A stretch of DNA of 58,585 nt from IMG/VR virus record IMGVR_UViG_3300013280_000002, positions 1-58,585 of that record; one strand, 5' to 3'. The position numbers and the translations under genes are program-made. Below, in pieces: positions 1 to 8,971 of this stretch; the stretch's first letter is position 1, and each line of letters starts with the position of its first letter. Under the pieces are notes generated by a model, which did no database searches, was not told the origin of the DNA, and was given only the letters and a program-made list of their open reading frames with translations. The stretch comes from a virus.

Positions 1-107
1 GCCTGGAGCTGCACAGTGCTCAACCCCTTGTGGCACCACAGCGCAGTCTGAGGATTCACCTTCAACCTCACTTCACCTTTCGCATTGCAGATCATCGCAC
101 GCACAGC
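1..107. repeat. terminal direct repeat copy 1 (identical to 58479..58585); circular-closure overlap
   Basis: Bases 1-107 read identically at 58479-58585. The repeat lies inside the terL reading frame and keeps it in phase. Confidence 0.95.
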
Positions 108-1190
108 GTTCTGGCGGTCCTTGATGGCAGGGTGCGCAGGGCGCACGCGCCGCTCGAACTTCCAGCCGTGCAAGCGTAGCACGTCTTCGATCTCTGTGTA
201 ATCGGATTTGTGCCCGTGCTTTTCGCCCGCGCGACCCGCTGGGTCGCCGTAAATATAGACCGTCTTGTTCTTGTGTTCCTTGTACTTCTCGACGAATTCG
301 ATTGCCGACTGACGGCTCACCGCACTCTCAAGAACGATCTCATCTAGGAAGAAGGGAACTCCATTGCGGATGACCACAATAGCCGAGCTCAGAGGGGTGA
401 AGTTCTGGTCGTGCGTCCAGTGTAGCGCTTCGTGAGGGAGGATCCGCTCGGTTGTGAAATTCTCCTTGGAGTAGTCCTCATAGATACGACCGCTGGCGGT
501 CTCGAAGCTCGCTCGATATTCCTGATTGTACTGCTTCCGCGACATGGTGCGCTTCGCAGCTTCAATGACGTCTGGCGGGAGAATCTCTTCCGACGTCCAG
601 TGGAACAGCGCCCAGTCGGGGTCGTTGGCGGTGCGTGCATATTCCGCCATGTCGTAATAGTGGTTCAGGCCGTCGGGCACGCCAATGAACCAGCACCAGG
701 CCCGATAGTACGGGCGCGTCGGATTCACGGTGTTGAGCGCGGGCATGATGTTCGCTTGCAGCGCCTCACCCTTCACGTCCGCAATTTCGTCGATCACACC
801 GCCTGTCCAGTTGATACCCTCAATCCGCTGGGGCTGGTCCAGACCGATGATGTGAATCTCGGTCCCGTTGGGCAGGAAGATCTTGAGGTCGGACTCGCTA
901 GGCTTCTTAGGGTGCATGCACGACAGCGTCAGCGCCTTGAGGTCGTCCCACCAGATCTTCTTGGCCTGGTTGTATGTGGGCGCGGCTGCGAAATACTTCT
1001 CGCCCGGATACCACATCGCCTGACGTGACAGAAAGCGCTTGGCACGTTCCGTCTTGCCTGAGCGTCGTCCTGCAGGCACAATGGGGAAGCGCACACCGTC
1101 TTCGACGGCACGCAACAGCCGAAGTTGAACCTCGTGGTCCTTCAGATGATACCAGCGTGCCATCTGGCGCTCTAGAATGATCTTGCTCAT
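1..1190 (-). CDS. terL: terminase large subunit, N-terminal ~396 codons (gene crosses the window ends)
   Basis: ATG at 1190 (complement). The frame stays open to base 1 and continues in phase through the repeat into ORF 58346..58582. Walker A-like PAGRRSGKT and Walker B-like GGVIDE are present. ATGA overlap with terS. Confidence 0.92.
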   Translation of the reverse strand, partial: MSKIILERQMARWYHLKDHEVQLRLLRAVEDGVRFPIVPAGRRSGKTERAKRFLSRQAMWYPGEKYFAAAPTYNQAKKIWWDDLKALTLSCMHPKKPSESDLKIFLPNGTEIHIIGLDQPQRIEGINWTGGVIDEIADVKGEALQANIMPALNTVNPTRPYYRAWCWFIGVPDGLNHYYDMAEYARTANDPDWALFHWTSEEILPPDVIEAAKRTMSRKQYNQEYRASFETASGRIYEDYSKENFTTERILPHEALHWTHDQNFTPLSSAIVVIRNGVPFFLDEIVLESAVSRQSAIEFVEKYKEHKNKTVYIYGDPAGRAGEKHGHKSDYTEIEDVLRLHGWKFERRVRPAHPAIKDRQNAVRAMICNAKGEVRLKVNPQTALWCHKGLSTVQLQ

Positions 1191-1633
1191 ACAGGCGCCC
1201 TCGTCGCAAACTCGCGGAAGGCGTCAATGAGGGCCTGCTCACCCGCTTCTCCGCCGTCAGGACGGTCAAGGCCATATATGCTGGCCAGTTTGGCGGCAGC
1301 TTGTACGCGGGAAGCGTAGGGGCCATTCTGTGCAGCCTGGCGCAGCACGCTCAGGATTAGAGCACGGTCTTCCTTAGCTTGGGCGTCTTCGTTTTCAGGG
1401 GTCGCGCGTTGCAGTTCAGCGATCCGGCGTTGCACATAAGCCTCGCCCATGAACTTCTTCGCGTACTCCACGGCGAAAGCAGCCTGAAACCCTACGCGAA
1501 GGCAAGCCTGGAAAGGATCAAAATCCTTTATGTACTCCTGAACGAATAGATCACGAAGGGCCTTTTCTTGACCGGACGGTTCCGGCTCCATGAGCCGAGG
1601 ATCCAGATATAGACCCGATGTGTTCTCAGCCAT
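1187..1633 (-). CDS. terS: terminase small subunit
   Basis: 148 aa. FVQEYIKDFDPFQACLRVGF resembles P27/Terminase_2-type small subunits. The stop overlaps the terL start, and there is a GGAG RBS. Confidence 0.8.
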   Translation of the reverse strand: MAENTSGLYLDPRLMEPEPSGQEKALRDLFVQEYIKDFDPFQACLRVGFQAAFAVEYAKKFMGEAYVQRRIAELQRATPENEDAQAKEDRALILSVLRQAAQNGPYASRVQAAAKLASIYGLDRPDGGEAGEQALIDAFREFATRAPV

Positions 1634-1685
1634 GTGGGAACTCCAATCGGATAGTTAAGGCGGATCACCCGCCCAATTTGATCGG

Positions 1686-1715
1686 AGTATAGCGATTCCG
1701 AGGCCGGATACGCAA
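1686..1715 (-). promoter_or_regulatory. sigma70-like promoter TTGCGT-18-TATACT upstream of terS
   Basis: Read on the complement in the 90-bp gap between the o-spanin stop and the terS start. Confidence 0.45.
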
Positions 1716-1723
1716 CCAGAATA

Positions 1724-2032
1724 TCAGGGCGAGATTTTGCGGCAAGCCGGCAATTCTGCGGGCTTTTGGCCGGTGTTCCACTCAATAAGGCGAGCCATTC
1801 TTGACGCGCATTCACAGAAGGATGTTATCCAATCCTGGCGCGAGTCAATGAGGTCTTTTGTCACTACCAGCTGACGATCCGCTGCCTGCTGGCACTGTTG
1901 CACCAGCCCCTCGGGAGGTACTGCCCGCTCCACCTTTGTCACTACTCGGATTTCCGGTGTCGCAGGTGTTGTTGAGCAAGCAGGCAAGATCAGGAGGGAT
2001 GCGCTGATTAAGATAATTCCGAACAGTTTCAT
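1724..2032 (-). CDS. o-spanin (outer-membrane lipoprotein, Rz1-like), overlapped architecture
   Basis: Internal ATG at 2032 with a GGAGAAG RBS. Signal peptide and lipobox MKLFGIILISASLLILPAC. The ORF starts inside the i-spanin frame and ends beyond it. Confidence 0.75.
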   Translation of the reverse strand: MKLFGIILISASLLILPACSTTPATPEIRVVTKVERAVPPEGLVQQCQQAADRQLVVTKDLIDSRQDWITSFCECASRMARLIEWNTGQKPAELPACRKISP

Positions 2033-2408
2033 TTGTCTTCTCCAAGGTTGCCAAACGGTTACGCGCGCGAGCATCGTTGTCCGCCAGCACCTTGTAATCG
2101 GTCAGCAGGCCCGTGAGGGCCTGTGCATCTTGGAGACGAAGTTCTTTCAGCTCGCCGATTGTCTCTTGCTGCTGACGATTGACCGATTCCACTGCACCCA
2201 AGCGCTGCTGAACGGTTTGAAGCTCGTTCTGTGTGGTCAGCAGCGATTTCTCCGTGCGTTCCTTGGATAACCACATACTGAAGGTGAAGCCCGCCGCAGC
2301 CACTATCACCGCGATCAGGGCGTACTCTATGACGAGCCGTGTCCTGCTCTTGAAGAAGCCCAGAGCACTTGCGAGCCAGGGCAGCTTAGTCAGCAGAATG
2401 GTGATCAT
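1845..2408 (-). CDS. i-spanin (Rz-like)
   Basis: N-terminal TM helix LVIEYALIAVIVAAAGFTF followed by a coiled-coil-like domain. Lies directly downstream of the holin. Confidence 0.75.
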   Translation of the reverse strand: MITILLTKLPWLASALGFFKSRTRLVIEYALIAVIVAAAGFTFSMWLSKERTEKSLLTTQNELQTVQQRLGAVESVNRQQQETIGELKELRLQDAQALTGLLTDYKVLADNDARARNRLATLEKTNETVRNYLNQRIPPDLACLLNNTCDTGNPSSDKGGAGSTSRGAGATVPAGSGSSAGSDKRPH

Positions 2409-2751
2409 CGGCGCGCTCCCGGATGGGTTCGGATGGTTGCTTCTCGATGCCGAGCTTCTTCATCACGATAGACTCGAGCATGCAGATCGTGGCGTTAGCC
2501 CCCAGCCAACCTGACACGCCTACGATCACGCCCGTCCATTGCTCGGACAGGTTCATCGCCTGGCACACCAGCAACATCAGCAGGCCAACGAAACCAGCCG
2601 CGCCACCCTCCAGAGCTACGAGGCTCCACTTGATTTTCTGACGGCTGTCGATGGTTCGCATGAGATGCCCCATCATACCTCCGAACATAGCGAAGAGCCC
2701 GTAGGCCGACGCCTTAAACCACCAGTTATTCCACGGATCTTCCGGCAACAT
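2386..2751 (-). CDS. holin (three predicted TM helices)
   Basis: Hydrophobic segments WWFKASAYGLFAMFGG, LVALEGGAAGFVGLLMLLV and GVIVGVSGWLGANATI. Lies between the endolysin and the spanins. ATG 2751 was chosen, but the ORF is open to 2814. Confidence 0.7.
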   Translation of the reverse strand: MLPEDPWNNWWFKASAYGLFAMFGGMMGHLMRTIDSRQKIKWSLVALEGGAAGFVGLLMLLVCQAMNLSEQWTGVIVGVSGWLGANATICMLESIVMKKLGIEKQPSEPIRERADDHHSAD

Positions 2752-2845
2752 ATTTGGACCCCTATTCGATTGATTTCGACAGAGGCCCATGCCCTGTTTC
2801 GCGGATAGTACCACATGCGAAACGCATCAAGCTACAGGAATCAAA

Positions 2846-3373
2846 CTACAGCTCAAGCGCGAACCGATCCAACATGCCTTTATCAAACTTGGCGCGGACC
2901 TTGCTCGCTGCTTCAGCCTTCGTGATCTTCCCGTCGCGATTCGCATCCAGACCAGCGTTCTGGCGGTAACTGATCTTCGGATCCAGGAACAGAACGGAAT
3001 CCTCTGCCTGCCCCACGAACTTGGGCATCAGGATCGCCATATACATGTCACTGAGCGTACCGATGCGGGAAGCATAAGGTCGGAAATACTTCTGAACGTA
3101 ATCCAGCTGATCCACAGCGCTCATGGCTGCCAGCTCCGCGGTGCTGGTGCCCAGGCCCTGCGCAGTGCTCGGCATGAATTGGATGAGTCCGGTGGCGCCG
3201 CTGCCCGCTGCATTGCGCACGCTGGGGCTGAACGTCTCGCCCGATTCGAATGCCATGCAGGACATGAGCCAGCTGGCATGCGTTTCGCGGTTCCACTTGA
3301 AGCCGTCGCAGATGGCAAACACTTTGTCACGAAAGGCCTGATCGACCTTCTTACCCCAGGCAAGTTTCATCAT
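2846..3373 (-). CDS. endolysin, SLT-type lytic transglycosylase with EF-hand-like loop
   Basis: AFESGETF...GATGLIQFMPSTA matches the SLT catalytic-Glu motif. DANRDGKITKAE fits the canonical EF-hand loop. ATGATGA junction with the upstream ORF. Confidence 0.85.
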   Translation of the reverse strand: MMKLAWGKKVDQAFRDKVFAICDGFKWNRETHASWLMSCMAFESGETFSPSVRNAAGSGATGLIQFMPSTAQGLGTSTAELAAMSAVDQLDYVQKYFRPYASRIGTLSDMYMAILMPKFVGQAEDSVLFLDPKISYRQNAGLDANRDGKITKAEAASKVRAKFDKGMLDRFALEL

Positions 3374-3750
3374 AAACCCTTTACGTGTTTCCGATTGTCT
3401 CGGCGAGTAGCGCGTCGCACCCACCGCAGCACCGCCCACGCCGACACCGTGAGCGCGAGCACCCAGGCCGATGCGACGAGCTGCCACGCTGCGATCGGCC
3501 GCGCCTGCACTTGCGCGTGCGCCACGATGTGGCCGGGGTAGCCCCCGAGCGCGTGCGTCCAGTGCCGCAGCGGGGCGTCGGGCTCGTAGCGCGTCACCGT
3601 GCCGTCCGCGGCCTCGTGCCACACGTGCATCAGCGGCCCGCGCCGGGACCCCGCCGCGACGAACCGCCCGCCCTGGTCGGCGAGCAGGTCCATCGTGATG
3701 GTGACGCAGTTCTGCTTCATGACGGGCGCGCGAGGGGGATTAGATTTCAC
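3370..3750 (-). CDS. hypothetical membrane-anchored protein (start uncertain)
   Basis: 126-aa ORF whose stop overlaps the endolysin start. C-terminal TM helix WQLVASAWVLALTVSAWAVL followed by a basic tail. No clear RBS. Visibly more GC-rich than its neighbours. Confidence 0.4.
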   Translation of the reverse strand: MKSNPPRAPVMKQNCVTITMDLLADQGGRFVAAGSRRGPLMHVWHEAADGTVTRYEPDAPLRHWTHALGGYPGHIVAHAQVQARPIAAWQLVASAWVLALTVSAWAVLRWVRRATRRDNRKHVKGL

Positions 3751-6403
3751 GCATAAACGGGTCGGATATCGTCACCGTCGCCCCGTTCGGCGCACTCATG
3801 TAAAACTGCATCTCGACGGGGTAATCTCCGAAATTCTCCACCCCACCGTGATCCGGCCACGCCGCCCCCGCCAACGAGCCGAATACAGCCGTGAGTGCGC
3901 TATTAGCCGTGTTGGAGAGCGAAATTGCGCCGCCGTTGTTCGGCTGACTTACGCGCCTCGGCCCTTCGAGCACCACTCTGCCGTTTTCCGCCCGCGCGAC
4001 CGTGTGCCACTCAGACGCAGCAACAAACTGCGCATTTGCAGCGATGGCTGCATTGATCGCTGCCGCAACATCTTTTGCCGTGGCCGCCGCCGGGTTAGCC
4101 GCGCCAGCCGATCCGTCAATCGTGATTGCGCTATAGGGCGCAATCGTCAGCGAGATATTTTTGTTTGTTGAAAGGTCGAATGGCTGAGAGTTGCCGCCAA
4201 TGATTTTTGCGCGTCCACGCCCGAGCCACCCCGGAGTCTCGAACTCAATGAACACCTGCCCGCCTGTTTGCAACCAATCTGCCGTAATGCTGGTAATCGG
4301 GGCGCCTGCGAGCGAGTCGGGCCACATCCCGCGACGTGTTGCGATCTGCACCCGAGCAGACGTTACGGCCCCGGATGTCGCAACATTAAACCCCGCTCGA
4401 TATCGGCGTCCGGGCTTGACTTGGATAAATGTGTTGATAGGGACTAGCGCAACACCGGCTGAGGTGAATGTAATTGAGCCATTCGAGGCTGTAACGCTCG
4501 GCAGACTAGCGGTATTGAGCCGCCATCCGTGAACAATGATCCCATTCGGGTCTGTTGCACGCAGATCGACTGGCGCATGAGCGAAGATGGGGTTAAAGAC
4601 CAGATTACGCGGGGACGGAATTTGCTCGGCAATCATCGCAATCTCCTCCGGCGCGACGGGGACAATGCGCCCGGCTTCAAACTCTGTGCGCAGCGCCGAC
4701 AGAAGTTCCACCATCCCGGCCTCGCTCATGTCGTTGTCGATGTCAAGCGAGTTGAGATAATAGCCCGACGACCCTGCGACAGACCCATCCTTAAGTGCTG
4801 CGTCTGTCATCACGCCATGCACTAGCATGTCGCACAAATGCCCAGGCGACGCGGCGATAGCTGCGACTAGCGATGCCGCATGGCCCGGCGCGTCGTAGTC
4901 GTTATTTGTTGCCGCGTGGATGTTAAACGTCGCGGCCTGACAAGCTGGCATCGCAGCGGGTCGGCGAATCCCGTCGAAGTTATTTCCACGTAAGTGGATG
5001 TGCGCGTCAGATGCACCGCCTACATGCAGCATATGCTTGAAAAACCGCGCCCCCGCCTGTGCGAAATTATTTAGCTGGACGCCCTGTGCTGCGGCGTCCT
5101 GAATCGCTCCGGTGAAGTTCCGTTTGCGCAGATAGTGCGCGTCGTAACGACTGGCACTCAACACGGCCGGGAACCGCAGAGCCGGAATCCTGGACGTTGC
5201 ACGGATTCCGCGCGCCAGATTGGAGGCGTCTTCTTCGCCTGTGCAATATGGACGCGCCGCGCCCGCGTCGGCAACAATGGACGTTACGGTTACGCCGAAT
5301 TTGTCAGTGCTCAACGCCGAATTAAGCGCCTTGATTGCAGTCACCAGCGAGCCGAGCGTATAGCTAGACAGCGTAAAGTTCCCGATTCGGCACCCGTCCC
5401 GGTACAAATTTAGCGTGGTACTCGATAGCTCCATGACGAACGAGTCGCACGGCGTCATGCCCGAGTCCCACCACACACGAATGCCACCGGCAATTGAAAA
5501 TCCGGCGCGCGTCTTGACAGACTTCGCGCTACCCGATGCGATTGTCAGCAACGAGGATGACGCCTCAGAACCCGCCAGCTCTGCTGCATACGATGCAGTG
5601 TATTTCCCGGTCGCGTTGATCGCAGCGACAATCTCGGCAATCGTTGGGTACGTTGCAAACGCCAGCGAGAAATTATCGGCGCCGCCAGCCGTCGTTGCGA
5701 CAATCTCGGTGGCGGTCACATGCACTGTCGCCGTTGCAGCGGCCCCGGTGTATGTAATGTTGATGCCCGCGTCAGGCGCCTCACTGTCTTGATAGTGCCT
5801 CGCGCCGTGCGAAACGACCTCGACGCCGTGCCGATCCCGCAGAGCTTTGATCTGATCCCACGTCATCATCGCGGGATCGCCGGGGTTCGTCCCCGTGACT
5901 GACCGCGTATTGGTAGCTAAGTACGGACGAATTCCTGCGTCGGCATACATCGCCGCGAGGCCGTCGTTGCCGGTCCGCCCCCACCACTGATGGTAGGGAT
6001 GATCCCCACCGATCAGAACATACGCCGCCTGCGCGGACTGGCCGGGCGCGTAGGGTCGATTTCCGGCGGACAATCTAACCCCCCCACCCGGACCCGTTGT
6101 GGCTGTGACAATAGGCAGTCTCTCGCCCTCGTCACCCAGGAAATGAGAGAGCGTTTTTTGCTCAATCCCCACAACCATGTTCGAATCCACAGCACGAACA
6201 TGAACGGGCTGCCCGGATGTAAAGATGACGCTCTCTCGGACACTCACAGAGCGCCAAGTCACGCCGCCGTCTTCGCTTACATCAAACGTGTCATCAAGGG
6301 CAGATTTCCCTTGAAGCACGATGATATCAGCAGCGTCAATCTGAAACGTCTGGTCCTTGGCAATGGAAGCAGACATGGCCTGCGTATCATAGACGGGCTT
6401 CAT
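3740..6403 (-). CDS. tail fibre/tailspike with putative CE4 (NodB-type) polysaccharide deacetylase core and C-terminal carbohydrate-binding-like domain
   Basis: 887 aa. VLIGGDHPY...VVSHGARH...ARPY...LVHGV resembles the NodB motif order. The Ala/Gly/Thr-rich repeats are typical of fibres. Confidence 0.6.
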   Translation of the reverse strand: MKPVYDTQAMSASIAKDQTFQIDAADIIVLQGKSALDDTFDVSEDGGVTWRSVSVRESVIFTSGQPVHVRAVDSNMVVGIEQKTLSHFLGDEGERLPIVTATTGPGGGVRLSAGNRPYAPGQSAQAAYVLIGGDHPYHQWWGRTGNDGLAAMYADAGIRPYLATNTRSVTGTNPGDPAMMTWDQIKALRDRHGVEVVSHGARHYQDSEAPDAGINITYTGAAATATVHVTATEIVATTAGGADNFSLAFATYPTIAEIVAAINATGKYTASYAAELAGSEASSSLLTIASGSAKSVKTRAGFSIAGGIRVWWDSGMTPCDSFVMELSSTTLNLYRDGCRIGNFTLSSYTLGSLVTAIKALNSALSTDKFGVTVTSIVADAGAARPYCTGEEDASNLARGIRATSRIPALRFPAVLSASRYDAHYLRKRNFTGAIQDAAAQGVQLNNFAQAGARFFKHMLHVGGASDAHIHLRGNNFDGIRRPAAMPACQAATFNIHAATNNDYDAPGHAASLVAAIAASPGHLCDMLVHGVMTDAALKDGSVAGSSGYYLNSLDIDNDMSEAGMVELLSALRTEFEAGRIVPVAPEEIAMIAEQIPSPRNLVFNPIFAHAPVDLRATDPNGIIVHGWRLNTASLPSVTASNGSITFTSAGVALVPINTFIQVKPGRRYRAGFNVATSGAVTSARVQIATRRGMWPDSLAGAPITSITADWLQTGGQVFIEFETPGWLGRGRAKIIGGNSQPFDLSTNKNISLTIAPYSAITIDGSAGAANPAAATAKDVAAAINAAIAANAQFVAASEWHTVARAENGRVVLEGPRRVSQPNNGGAISLSNTANSALTAVFGSLAGAAWPDHGGVENFGDYPVEMQFYMSAPNGATVTISDPFMREI

Positions 6404-6404
6404 T

Positions 6405-6500
6405 TCATCTCCAATAAAATAGGGCCAACAAAGCGTAGAGGAGGATGCTCAGCAAGACGCCATTCACTACACCGCGAGCCGTGTCAAGATCGTCTTTCAT
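6405..6500 (-). CDS. possible 31-aa single-TM micro-protein
   Basis: MKDDLDTARGVVNGVLLSILLYALLALFYWR. The stop lies 2 nt from the tail-fibre ATG. Weak RBS. Too short to appear in the ORF track. Confidence 0.3.
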   Translation of the reverse strand: MKDDLDTARGVVNGVLLSILLYALLALFYWR

Positions 6501-6527
6501 TTGTCAGACTCTCACGAAACCGGCCCG

Positions 6528-6557
6528 AGTATAACAACCTCGGGCCAGTGATTGCAA
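6528..6557 (-). promoter_or_regulatory. sigma70-like promoter TTGCAA-18-TATACT upstream of the tail fibre-lysis block
   Basis: Complement strand, in the gap after the stop at 6568. Confidence 0.45.
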
Positions 6558-6567
6558 CTTGGTCAGC

Positions 6568-6822
6568 TTAGCGCGTGAGCCAATACCCCAGCACAGCGGC
6601 AGCAGCCAGCGCGCACAGCGCGATCGCATGTGCGCCAATACCGTAGGGATACCGCCAGTGAGCGCGCGGCTGCTGCGGCCCCTGCTCGTCGCGCAATGCT
6701 GCCTCAAGTTCCTTGGCTAACAGCTCAGCTCGTTTGCGCTCCTCCCGCGCCTTACGGCGATGCTCGAAATGTCCTGCAATCGCCTTGGCGCTTTCAGGTG
6801 TCATGGGGAATCGTGGAATCAT
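6568..6822 (-). CDS. hypothetical small protein with C-terminal TM helix
   Basis: ATG 6822 overlaps the helicase stop (ATGA). Sequence MIPRFPMTPESAK...AIALCALAAAAVLGYWL. Confidence 0.55.
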   Translation of the reverse strand: MIPRFPMTPESAKAIAGHFEHRRKAREERKRAELLAKELEAALRDEQGPQQPRAHWRYPYGIGAHAIALCALAAAAVLGYWLTR

Positions 6823-8267
6823 TGCCTTGCCTCGATGGTGTAGAGCGCTTGCTTGGCGCGGGTTGCTGCGACATAGCACAGATTGACTTCTTGTTGCTTC
6901 TGCCAATCCTGACGAGCCCACTTGGCGGGGCATTCGTTGCGGCCGAGCCAGAACACGCGGTCAGCCTCCAGGCCCTTGCTCTTGTGGATGGTAGCCAACA
7001 CCACAGCGTTCTTCTTGTCAGAGAACAGGCTGTCGATGGTGTTGAGCAATGCGGGGATCGTGCGCTCAGTTTCGGGCATGCTATCGATCAGGCAGGTGAT
7101 GGCACCGATGCGGTCTTCGATTGCTTCCACCTTCGCGTCGTCCTTCTTAGCGAGGGCCTTCTCGACCTCACGGTCACGGTAGGCGTCCAGCTTGGTGAGC
7201 AGGTGATCAACGCCCTTCGCGTTCATCTTGTTGATAAGACCCTTCAGCCCCTGCCCAATCTCACGGCCCATCACGGTGACAGGTACGCGAGCGCGGAGGA
7301 ATCTGTAGGCCATCGTGATCAGCGGTGCAGTCTTACGGCTGACGACGAGGTCGTTCGCTTGAAACATCTTGTGATCCCACCTGCTTCCGAGCTCTTCCAC
7401 CAGACCTTCGGCAGCACCTTCGGCCGCCTGGATGTGGGACACCCATTGCTGAGCGTACTTGACCACACTGGTCGCGCAGCGGTAGCTGATGCTCAGCGGT
7501 AGGCGCACAGCGTCGAATTCCTGAGCGATAAGGTTCAAGGACTCGCTGTCTGCACCGCGGAACCCGTAGATGGCCTGGGCAGGGTCACCCACCGCTACGA
7601 TGCGCGCACCCTTGCGCATGATCTTCCGAAGCAGTGCGCGCTGAATGGCGTTCGTGTCCTGCGCCTCATCCACGAAGATGAAATCGAACTTCGGCAGGCT
7701 GATCCCGTCCTTCACCGCAAGGTAGAGCAAGTCGTCAAAATCGACCATCGGTGCAGCGTTCGACCAGCCCAGCAGCTCGGAGGCCAGCTCCAGGGCACGT
7801 CCGAGATCCGCGTTATCGTTTTCGGGTTCGAGGTCGTGGTGGATGCACAGGTCCAGCCAGCTCTGAGTGACGTCAGGGATCAGACAACCGATACCAGCCT
7901 GACGCCCCAGGCCCACCAGCTTGGTGATGAAGGCACCGTAGATCCGCGCCTCCTCGCCCTTGAGCTTGGCGTCGCACAGGCGGCGCAGTTTGTCGATCTC
8001 GACAGTGCGGACGCCCTTATGCTGGGTGACCGGGCCGTAAGTCAGGGAATGGAACGTGCGAGCATTGACGCCACGGGACTTCAGTTCCTCAGCGATGCTC
8101 TTGTTGAACGCCAGGAAGATGGTCGTGCCCCGCGCACGCTTGACGCCCTCAACGATGGTCGTCGTCTTGCCGGAACCTGCGACAGCTTCGATGATAGCGT
8201 TGCCGCCGTTCGGGTCTTCAATCAGGTTGAAGATGGCGGTCTGCAGGGGGCTCCAAGTCTTGCTCAT
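6819..8267 (-). CDS. UvrD/Rep/PcrA-like superfamily 1 DNA helicase
   Basis: 482 aa. Walker A AVAGSGKTTTI and Walker B FIFVDEAQDTN. C-terminal SF1 motifs TIHKSKGLE and YVAATRA. GGAGAA RBS. Confidence 0.9.
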   Translation of the reverse strand: MSKTWSPLQTAIFNLIEDPNGGNAIIEAVAGSGKTTTIVEGVKRARGTTIFLAFNKSIAEELKSRGVNARTFHSLTYGPVTQHKGVRTVEIDKLRRLCDAKLKGEEARIYGAFITKLVGLGRQAGIGCLIPDVTQSWLDLCIHHDLEPENDNADLGRALELASELLGWSNAAPMVDFDDLLYLAVKDGISLPKFDFIFVDEAQDTNAIQRALLRKIMRKGARIVAVGDPAQAIYGFRGADSESLNLIAQEFDAVRLPLSISYRCATSVVKYAQQWVSHIQAAEGAAEGLVEELGSRWDHKMFQANDLVVSRKTAPLITMAYRFLRARVPVTVMGREIGQGLKGLINKMNAKGVDHLLTKLDAYRDREVEKALAKKDDAKVEAIEDRIGAITCLIDSMPETERTIPALLNTIDSLFSDKKNAVVLATIHKSKGLEADRVFWLGRNECPAKWARQDWQKQQEVNLCYVAATRAKQALYTIEARQ

Positions 8268-8309
8268 GGTGTTCTCCGAAGAATTGAGTACATGGTGGAA
8301 AGTGATTGC

Positions 8310-8338
8310 AGTATAAACGGGCGTTGCAGGATGTGCAA
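8310..8338 (-). promoter_or_regulatory. sigma70-like promoter TTGCAC-17-TATACT upstream of the helicase
   Basis: Complement strand, intergenic region 8268..8353. Confidence 0.45.
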
Positions 8339-8353
8339 GCCCGTTCTCGATAA

Positions 8354-8662
8354 TCAGCCGATCCAGTAAGTGGCCTTCTGATCTTCACCGTACCGCAGCT
8401 CTTCAATCGTGATTCGCGCACCGCGAGCTTCAAGAGAGGCGGACAGCATTCCGGACACCAGATGCAGCGCGTCCTTCCGGCTGATGCTCAGGTAGGTGCA
8501 GAGCCCGTCATGGAAGATGCTGTCAGGCTTACCCTCGATCGAGGCGTCAAGGCGCACGCGAAGGCAGAACCTGCCGGAGTTGGTGCGATCCACCTTCTTC
8601 ACGAAGGCAACAGCCTGCTCGGTGGTAAGCAGATGGGTGACGGTGGTGTATTCGAGCGACAT
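8354..8662 (-). CDS. hypothetical protein
   Basis: ATG 8662 with an AGGAG RBS. 102 aa with no motif I recognise. Confidence 0.6.
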   Translation of the reverse strand: MSLEYTTVTHLLTTEQAVAFVKKVDRTNSGRFCLRVRLDASIEGKPDSIFHDGLCTYLSISRKDALHLVSGMLSASLEARGARITIEELRYGEDQKATYWIG

Positions 8663-8695
8663 TTTGCATCTCCTAAACGTGTTGGACATGACTGC

Positions 8696-8723
8696 ATTAT
8701 ACAGACACGTCTAAAAGATGCAG
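8696..8723 (-). promoter_or_regulatory. possible promoter CTGCAT-16-TATAAT
   Basis: Complement strand, intergenic region 8663..8737. Confidence 0.35.
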
Positions 8724-8737
8724 GCGACTTCGTGAAT

Positions 8738-8971
8738 TTAATCGCGGGCGAGCATAAGCTGGCGCTGGAGCATCTGCACCGACGCCAGGCTGTCGAGCAT
8801 CAGATCCAGCAGCGCGTGAAGATTGTTTCTGTTGAGGTCAGCTTCCTGCCCGTGGTTATCGAGACAGGCGGCCTGATACATGTGCAGCGCTGCATCGTAG
8901 CGTTGCTGATACACGGTGCTCTTTAGAACCTCTTCCTGCATCGCTTGAACGATCTGAGCTCGGTTCATCAT
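8738..8971 (-). CDS. hypothetical protein
   Basis: 77 aa. The start overlaps the upstream stop. Confidence 0.55.
   Translation of the reverse strand: MMNRAQIVQAMQEEVLKSTVYQQRYDAALHMYQAACLDNHGQEADLNRNNLHALLDLMLDSLASVQMLQRQLMLARD

Noticed and set aside
1-107. The terminal repeats could be physical direct terminal repeats or LTR-like ends of a mobile element.
   Set aside because: The repeat is internal to the terL coding frame and restores it exactly when collapsed. An assembly overlap of a circular contig is the simpler explanation.
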